Assembly: GCA_951406725.2 (NCBI GenBank)
Contig: OX597819.1
Location: 8,184,001-8,248,000, forward strand
Direction: 5' to 3'
Source: Octopus vulgaris
Lineage: Eukaryota
Length of the DNA stretch: 64,000 nt
Below the pieces are notes generated by a model. It was not told where the DNA came from and did not search any database. It was given only the letters and a program-made list of their open reading frames with translations. This document shows positions 55,452 through 64,000 of the stretch, piece by piece (positions within the stretch are counted from its first letter, which is position 1; each line of letters opens with the position of its first letter). The position numbers and the translations under genes are program-made.

Positions 55452-56673
55452 GCGGTCTGATCAATAAGTATTCGGACCGTTGCCATAGTTACAAAGCTAT
55501 AGCAGAGTAAAGCCAATTAGCACAGATTGGCCGTGATCTCTGCTGTGCACTAAGTTTTAACGTTCTAGCTGGCTTCTGCTCTTTCAGGCTGTGCTCGGCA
55601 GGAAGGTGTGTAACGTGTGATCGTCGCAGTCATGGTTATACCTGCAAAGTTACAGAAAGTGTATGGAGAGGAGTTTATGAGCCGCACACAAGTGTACGAG
55701 TGAGTAGTTCAGACGTTTCCTAGACGGCCGAAAAAATGTCGAGAGTGGCGAACGTTCTGGGAGACTCGCAACCAGCAAAACTGAGAAGAATATCGCAGAA
55801 GTACGTGTAGATACGAGGAGAAATCGTCGCATCACCGTCGATGAGATATCAGAGGATATTCAGATCAGTTACGGTTCAGTTCAGTCCATTATCACTGAAT
55901 ATCTTTATATATAAAAGTGAAGTTGTGTGAGTGTCTGTCTCCTACGATTTAGATTCCTAACTACTCCCACATTTTGCGGTGCAGTTTAACCAAAACCGGG
56001 TATCTTATAGTCGTGATTCATATCGAGCCCTTCTGTGTATTAGCGCGCGTCTACGATGAGTCTACGATTTTAAAAATAATTTACCATAATTTTTTTCCAT
56101 TTTAAAGCATATTTTTTAAATAAAGGGAAGTAACTCTCTAAAAATGTCTACGATGAGTCAACGATTTAAAAAAAATTTACCATAATTTTTTTTCCATTTT
56201 TAATGCATTTTTTGCTGTTTTTTGGCTATAACTCTCTAAAAATGCTTTATAGTTATTTCCCTTACAAACCCGAGCAACGCCGGGCGATACTGCTAGTTTG
56301 GGTATGAGACGCGTGTCTGCCAAATGTGTGTCAAAGCTGCTTTCAGTTGACCAAAAAACACTCGGACTTCAGTTGCACAAGATCTTGATTGTTGAAACCT
56401 TTTTGAAAATGCTGCGTAGGCCTCTGAGCAAATATTGCTTTTGGCAAAATTTGATGCAGATTCTCTGCGCAGCGTTTTCTGTCGTGGTCACTAGGATAAA
56501 CACACGCTACACACGTTACTTCCAAGCAGTGCCGTAAACAGTGGAAGTGAGGTAGTAGGCTAACACCTAGTGCGCGTGCACAGCAGAGTTCAATCTGTGC
56601 CAAGCGACTACACTCTGTATGCTTTAGCTTCGATTCTATGGCAACAGTCCGGATACTTATTGATCATCGCACG
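55451..56673 (+). mobile_element. Mariner deletion derivative with long inverted arms
   Basis: TA-flanked TIRs TGATCAATAAGTATTCGGACCGTTGCCATAG and CTATGGCAACAGTCCGGATACTTATTGATCA; HTH remnants ERSGRLATSKTEKNI and ITEY|LGMRRVSAKCV. Confidence 0.85.
55902..56296 (+). mobile_element. Non-autonomous Helitron H1 nested in the mariner
   Basis: TC...CTAG termini. Excision restores GAA TA|T TTG GGT ATG (E-Y-L-G-M) with no TSD. Confidence 0.93.
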
Positions 56674-56959
56674 TATATATACACATACATACATATATAC
56701 GCATGTATGTATACATATGTATATGTGTATATATATATACATATACCTACAATTTAAGTGCACTAATGATCATGCTCGTATGTTTATGACTAAACTGACA
56801 GACCGGAATGACTGACAGAACGGAGGAATATGAACTCAAAGCCTCACTTTAGGGAGCAAAAACTAAATTTTTGTTAGCGAAAACCCAACTGAATTAATTA
56901 ATTTTCTCAAAATCAGGTACAGGTATTTAGTTTAAAATATTTGATTAGGGTAATATTAG

Positions 56960-57520
56960 TTAGGAAATATGTTGCAGATTGGCCAGAAAATCTCGATAAT
57001 AAGGACAGTACTTCATTTATCCAATTTCATGTACATAACTACCACCTATCTATCTCCAGATATTACTAAACACTACCATTGTATTCTCTAGGAAAAGGTA
57101 CGGAAATAATCAACGAAGAGGTAGACACTTGTTTTATCTACAAGAATGCGTATCTTTTTCCAGGTTTAATATTGTTAAAGAAGGTCTGAGTTAAGTAAAT
57201 TCGACATTGTTATGGGATCATCTGACTCGTCACAGGTTACAGACGTAGTAGTTCTGTATAGTTCTATATAAACTAAAGTTTTTCCAGCCTTGGAGTTTTC
57301 CAAACATTCGAGGTCCCTTCAGAACTACCAAACTCCGTTTTTGATGTAATGCCAGCATTATATCTATTAAGTTTGTATTTATTAGAAACAGTTATAATGT
57401 TGGTAATGTCATGGGGTGGTGGAATATGACATCATTGTGTTTTTAGGAAATATTGTACGGTATCTTCGGTATTGGGTAAAGCATTTAACGAGCATCTGGA
57501 AGAAACCATTAGGGACGTTA
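56960..57520. pseudogene. Highly decayed Naiad-like PLE RT fragments in inverted arrangement
   Basis: Plus strand gives SFIQFHVHNYHLSIS and FDIVMGSSDSSQVTDVV (cf. FDVTMGSYDGAEVCELV). Minus strand gives TIFPKNTMMSYSTTP. Confidence 0.55.
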
Positions 57521-59073
57521 GTCTTTACTCTGCAAGAGTAGTGAGTTGTACCATATTCCTTGTCTTCTACACTGTATCCCACTGCTAGGTTGTGTGTTCC
57601 CAGAAGGAGTGTTCAACGTCTTCAGTTTAACCCGGTTTAGATTCCGAGTCGATATCCTTTTTTATCTCAAGGTCGTATCCACTTTTCTCTGTTTTCCTCG
57701 CAGCACCTTTTAGTGGCTTCGTAGATCGGGGTATCTCTAAGGGGAAGTGGTTCTCTATTGGTCCCACCAGCATCACTTTTATTCCCCAGAATCTTTTCCC
57801 TACCATTAGATATAGCAGTATTTGAACGAGTCTTCCTAGTTTTCACAATACATCCACATTTACTGATGGTTACGTATTTGTAATAAACTTAATCCGTTTC
57901 GTCCATGGCATTCTTATAACATTTCGGTTTCCCCATAAAATGTTTTAAATAAATATTACAACAACTTATTTGTACGTACGTACGTACGTATGTATGTATG
58001 TATGTATGTATGTATGTATGTATGTATGTATGAATGTATGTATGTATGTATGTATGTATGAATGTATGTATGCATGTATGTATGTATGTATGTATGTATG
58101 TATGTATGTATGTATGATTGTATGTATGTATGTATGTATGCATGTATGTATGTATGTATGTATGATTGTATGTATGTATGTATGTATGTATGTATGTATG
58201 TATGTATGCATGTATGTATGTATGTATGTATGTATGTATGTATGTATGTATGATTGTATGTATGTATGTATGTATGCATGTATGTATGTATGTATGTATG
58301 TATGTATGATTGTATGTATGTATGTATGTATGTATGTATGCATGTATGTATGTATGTATGTATGTATGTATGTATGTATGTATGATTGTATGTATGTATG
58401 TATGTATGCATGTATGTATGTATGTATGTATGTATGCATAAATTAAGCACACGGTCTTATATTTATATTTGTGATGAATGCAGTCGAATATATGCTTTTA
58501 AATACTTGTAATTTATTTTATCGACCTCAGTGAGATAAATAGAAAGTCAGTCTCGGTGATACTTGAACTTAGAACGTAGACTGTTGCGACTAAATTCTGA
58601 AAGGTATTGTGTTCACTGTTCTAACCACTCAGTTTGAACAGCAAGACTGTGGATGCTCGTTAAATGATAAACGAAAACTGAGAACAGACAAACACACGCA
58701 CATATGTACACTCATTCATATATGCATAGAAGGGTCAAAGAAAAAGCACTATATCTATGGTTCATAAATATTGAAATTGCATTTATTGATTCAATGTTAT
58801 AGTTTTCACTAATCAAATTTGAATTACTGATTCATTGGGTTAAATATTTATAGAGTATCGCTGAGATATCGGAGTTAGTTTTACAAATACATAAATAAAT
58901 AGTCTAGCCAAATTCAACAAGTTGGTGAATTAATTAAAACGCTTTCGAAGTCTCTAATATTTAACTGAGAATTAAGTTGTTCAAACAACAAAAGGAAAGA
59001 CAAACGAAAGAGCCTTTGCGTGGCTACTCTCTCTGCTTGAAATAGCAACCATATTTCCCATAAACTATACTCT

Positions 59074-60390
59074 CTTGTTTCTTGAACTTCTAATATAAGG
59101 ATTTCTAATATTAGTCTAAGGTCACAAATTTTGGAATGGGTTGGGAAGAGAAACAATCAATAAAATTAATCAGAGTACTTAAATGGTATTTTGTTCTATC
59201 AAACCAGGGAAGTGGTATACCAAAACGGATCTCAGAATATAAATATACACCTAAAGATACAAACCTAGATATCCATAAAAACTAGAATCAACGAAGAAGC
59301 ATCTTTGCAGTTACTCAAGTTCCTAAATCTTTAAATGAAACCCAAGTGTCTTACGGGGTGGGGGGGGGAGCCACATTAGATAATGTAGTATAAATAAATT
59401 GCAGGATGATCTTTTCTGGGGCGTCTTTCATCACCTGCCTTCTCAAACTCAGCTGACTTAGTGCTAAACAACACTTTCACTACCTCAACTATATCCAGTA
59501 TCACTAACACCAGCAACAAATTAAAACCTGTAAAAACCAATGTAAAGACGAAGGGAAATTTTCGTGTGCGAAACCCAATGAGCTATGAAGTTCATTCGCA
59601 TGGTGTGGAAACATATTGGTTTCAAGTTTTGGCAAAGGCAAAGTCTACCGTAATGAAGGATGAGATACCACTAAGCATCTTGCCCGGCGTGCTAACGATT
59701 CTGTCAGTTTGCCGTCTTCAGTGTGGTAATATATTGGTTTCAAATTTTGGTACAAGGCCAGCAATTTCGGAGGAAGGAGTAAGTCGATTATATCGATCCC
59801 AGTGCTCAACTGATGCTTGTTTTACCGATCCCGAAAGCATGAAAAGCGAAGTCAACTTTGGTGGAATTTATTCGGAGAACGTGAAGAGCGGATAAAATAC
59901 CACTAAGCATTTTGCCCGGCACCCTAACGTTTCTGCTAGCTCACCGTCTTCAGTGTAGAAATCAATATATTGAAATTTCAAATGTCAAACAATATCTAGT
60001 TTTTGTTCAGCAAGATATATCATCAAAAGCATTCCTGCTCTGACCATCCAACCTTTTCTAGGTTCAAATTATCCAACGTTTGGTATGAATTGAATGATAA
60101 TTAGCTGGTATTTCTAGCAGATTAAGAAACCACATAGAGTTACTCGCGTTGGCTCTAGCCATGGTTTACTATTTATGCAAAAGATTCGACATTATAAAAG
60201 TTAATTAGATAATTAGACTCCTTGTTTCTTGAACTTCTAATATAATGATTTCTAATATTAGTCTAAGGTCACAAATTTTGGAATGGGTTGGGAAGAGAAA
60301 CAATCAATAAAATTAATCAGAGTACTTAAATGGTATTTTGTTCTATCAAACCAGGGAAGTGGTATACCAAAACGGATCTCAGAATATAAA
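59074..60390 (+). repeat. 170-bp near-identical direct duplication (59074-59243 and 60221-60390)
   Basis: CTTGTTTCTTGAACTTCTAATATAA...CGGATCTCAGAATATAAA occurs twice. Confidence 0.92.
59612..59956 (-). mobile_element. Older SINE family D subfamily, tandem remnants
   Basis: ATACCACTAAGCAT.TTGCCCGGC...GTCTTCAGTGT and ATATTGGTTTCAA.TTTTGG each occur twice. Confidence 0.75.
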
Positions 60391-61315
60391 GGATGAAATA
60401 TTACATTTCCCAGGCATACAAACCTGAAGATTAAGTGAAGGATTTAGTGCTTATCAATCAGCTACCGTTTCCTTCCTTTAATAAAAAAAAGAAAAAACTG
60501 TACGTCCCAAACGAGTATGAATTCCTGGACTGCAGCTCGCTTTGGTAAACTGTTTTAGGTACCTCTGCATAGAAACACTCTCGACCCTTACAATTTTGAT
60601 TCTGAGAAAGATCTGGAAAATAACAGTAAGCACAGATTGGGACAACGTTAAAGGAAGAGCTTTATTCAGGTTAACAAAGTACTACTCTTTCTAGGAATGT
60701 AACCTACCGTTTAATGATCATTAGCCAAAATAACCTTAAAACTTATATCGCACGCCTTCATTTCCTGCTTAACGAAACTTTCTATCATAGGCACAAGTTT
60801 ACTTCTTCTGGGGAAGAGGGAAGCCAAATAAATCGACCCATCTTTATAGTAAGAGTATGAATTTTATCGAAATGAGAAGGACGAGGGTTTAAATTCGATC
60901 TCAGTAGAGCTTGAACTGAAAATGATAACGTGGCGTAATGAAATAGAGAAAGAACTTTTAATTCACTGCTCCACCGATTTTGACATTATGCACTGTCCTT
61001 TATGCTCTCAGAAATATTTCCGGAAGACACACTTCACCGTATTGCATCGTCTCCCTTGTCTTTGGCATAAATTATTTGACTGTATTATGTGACAAAAGCT
61101 ATTTTATCCATATGCTGTTCAGGCAATTTCTGTGAACTTTCATCAAATATTGACACAGAAATTCTATCCTTCATTTGCGTTGTTTATTGACTCCTGAACG
61201 CATGCAAGATATTTATACTACAATACAGCAAGAGCTTCTGGTGATAATGTTTGAAAGACATATCAGTCTATGTAAACACATTGCTGTCGTGTTTGGAATT
61301 CTATAACCTTACATG

Positions 61316-61349
<34 letters not shown>

Positions 61350-61519
61350 TGTAGGTATGTATGTATGTATGTATGTATGTAGGTATGTATGTATGTATGT
61401 ATGTATGTATGTATGTAGGTATGTATGTATTTATGTATGTATGTATGTATGTATGTATGTATGTATGTATGTATGCATGTATGTATGTATGCATGCATGT
61501 ATGTATGTATGTATGTATG

Positions 61520-61551
<32 letters not shown>

Positions 61552-61609
61552 TGTATGTATGTATGTATGTATGTATATATATGGATGTATATCTATCTAT
61601 CTGTCTAAG

Positions 61610-61720
<111 letters not shown>

Positions 61721-61739
61721 ATATCTATCTATCTATCTA

Positions 61740-61779
<40 letters not shown>

Positions 61780-61781
61780 TT

Positions 61782-61817
<36 letters not shown>

Positions 61818-61850
61818 AAGAGAGAGAGAGAGATAAATACACACACACAC

Positions 61851-61889
<39 letters not shown>

Positions 61890-61930
61890 TACAGGTGATC
61901 TATATACATACATACATACATACACATATA

Positions 61931-62711
61931 CACTGGGGGCGGTGAATAAACTGTTGTCTAAATTACGCAAAAGTGAAAATAACACTGACGTGTCATTTTA
62001 ACAGATATATATATCAAAATTACATAAAATATCTTGAAATACTAAACTACGGCCTCCTCTCTCCTTGTTTAAGTTGGTGAAAGTTGCATAATCCTTGCCC
62101 TCACTTCTTCTTTAGTGTTACATGGAGTTTTGTTGGTCTCTCGCTCAACTGCGCCCCGCACATAATCAATGGGGTTGCAGTCTGGGGAGTTAGTTGGCCA
62201 GATTTTCGGGGTGATGTGGTCACAGAAATTGTCTGACAGCCATAACTAGGTTCTTATATTTGTGTGGCATGGTGCAGAGTCCTGCTACCAGGCACAGGGT
62301 CTTCCAGCAGCTACCCTTCTGGCCCAAAAGCAGCACCTACCTTTTCCAGGCACTTGATGTAGGCTGCCGTGTTGAGTCTGAGGCCGTGTAGGAAGATGAA
62401 TGGATGCATAACGTCGACATCGCATGATGTTGAATAGATGTTTGATTTTTTTCCCTCTCGGTGCATGTCCTCAGATTGACACCCAAACGCTCTGGAATGT
62501 TCGTAGAGGAGCGTCCGGCACGAATGCCAACCAGAACAGCATATCATTTCCAAATTTCTGGTAGAGTGAATTGCGTCATGGTGCTGTTTTTCTCACAGAC
62601 AGTGCCCAACTAACCCTACTACACTGTGTAGTCGACAAAATCAAAAACAAACACTGCGTATGGGCATAATTAAAAGTATAAAATGGTGACAATTTCGCGA
62701 TCGAACCCTGT
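61931..62711 (-). mobile_element. Internally deleted maT-like DD37D transposon
   Basis: Minus strand QDSAPCH...WPTNSPDCNPIDY has 37 residues between the two Asp; degenerate TA-flanked ends. Confidence 0.82.
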
Positions 62712-63527
62712 ATGTATACGTCTTTTGCTTGTTAGAGTCATTAGACAGCAGCCAATGCTGGGGCAGCGCCTTTTTAGTCGATGAATCGACCCCAGAATTT
62801 ATTTTGTTAAAACACGGGATGTGTTTTATAAAGTTTTCGTTGAAGCCTAAAATTCGAATACCAACAGCTTATCTTTTTGTTTGTTTTATGAAGGGCTGAA
62901 TGTTAAAGGAAAAAATAAGGCTTGAGTGTGGAGAAGGGAGAAAGAGAGAGAACAGGGTGGGGGAGATATGGAAGGAGAGAGGGAGAGAGACATAAAGAAA
63001 GAGAGGGAGCGAAGCGATAGAATAAAGTGCTCAGTCAAAAATTTGTTATAATGAAAGGGCTTGGAATATTAAGTCCATCACAAATTTTGTTTTTCAAAGA
63101 TTTTTAGATTCAGAAAAATAAAATTAAGATAAAGTATGTAGGTTATTTATGGTTTGTATCAATCGATAAAGTGATAGCTTTTTAAAGATGATGGATGAGA
63201 TCGAAGGAAATAAACCACGGGATAGTTTTTAATTCAAATTAATTTTAAACATATGACATACGAATGATACTGCTGATGCTGATGCTGATGATGATGGCGA
63301 TGACGAGGAGCGGCATTTCTTTTATTGGCCACAAGGCCAGTGACATCGGGCACAATACAAGGACGGAATACACATACATAAAAATATAGTCTACATCGAG
63401 TAAAAAGAGGTGAAATGGTATACACAGGCTGCAGCAAAATGAATTCAATAAAAAAGAAATTCCCCGATCAGAGAAGACCTGTTTGTCAGCAGAAGACTAG
63501 ATGTCCTTATCGACCCTGTAGGTAAGT

Positions 63528-63756
63528 TATCTTCTCGAGTTATGCCGATTCATAAGGGCCGGTTTCCATGGCAAATAAATTCCCCACCTGGAGGGGACGC
63601 CTGTCTGTCGCAGGATTACTAATTTTTAGCCAACTATGTGGACTGGAGCGGAAGTGTTTTGGTCAAGAACACAAAACATTGCCCGATCCAGGAATCGAAA
63701 CCTCAATCTTACGATCATGACTTCAACACCCTAACCACTAAAACATGCGCCTCCAC
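63528..63756 (-). mobile_element. tRNA-headed SINE with a V-domain-like core
   Basis: Head GGAGGCGC..AGTGGTTAGGG..GGTTTCGATTCC; core CCTGCGACAGACAGGCGTCCCCTCCAGG. Confidence 0.7.
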
Positions 63757-64000
63757 TTATAGAGTCAGTTGGTAGCTGGATTCAAAATCTCTAGTCTGCA
63801 TTATGAATATCAGGGCGTGAATATATTATTGTGGCGCATTAATGCTGATGGATGAATCTGTTCTGGTGAAAATATCTCTGGAAATCCCTTGGGCTTTCGT
63901 CTTGAAAGCCTTTATACAATCATGCAAGAATGCACCTGATTTTTAACATCAAAAAAGCTTGGTACACAGCGGCATACCGTGTCTTACACAGTTTCTCTAC

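Overview
AT-rich, microsatellite-saturated eukaryotic non-coding DNA. The SINE repertoire and repeat style suggest an octopus (coleoid cephalopod) intron or intergenic region; this species call is inference. No intact host gene can be supported, and almost all listed ORFs are translations of (TA)n/(CA)n/(TACA)n/(TATC)n tracts. The window is a nested transposon graveyard: four tRNA-headed SINE types (about 25 copies or fragments), six non-autonomous Helitron-like elements (five sharing one 3' end), a full-length decayed mariner, mariner MITEs, DD37D (maT-like) relics, RTE and RLE-type (R4/Dong-like) LINE fragments, and three Penelope-like element (PLE) relics. The main unexpected signal is a set of short (80-900 bp), ORF-less, mostly unrelated inserts sitting mainly inside (TA)n tracts. 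They carry minimal type-I hammerhead ribozyme (HHR) folds: 3 with canonical cores, 2 with U4C, 2 sharing an unusual A6U, and several decayed. Several are arranged head-to-head. One is a 1.3-mer of a 528-bp unit whose repeat boundary falls about 2 nt from the predicted cleavage site. Together they look like a family-rich retrozyme / non-autonomous PLE system. All folds were derived by eye and are untested.
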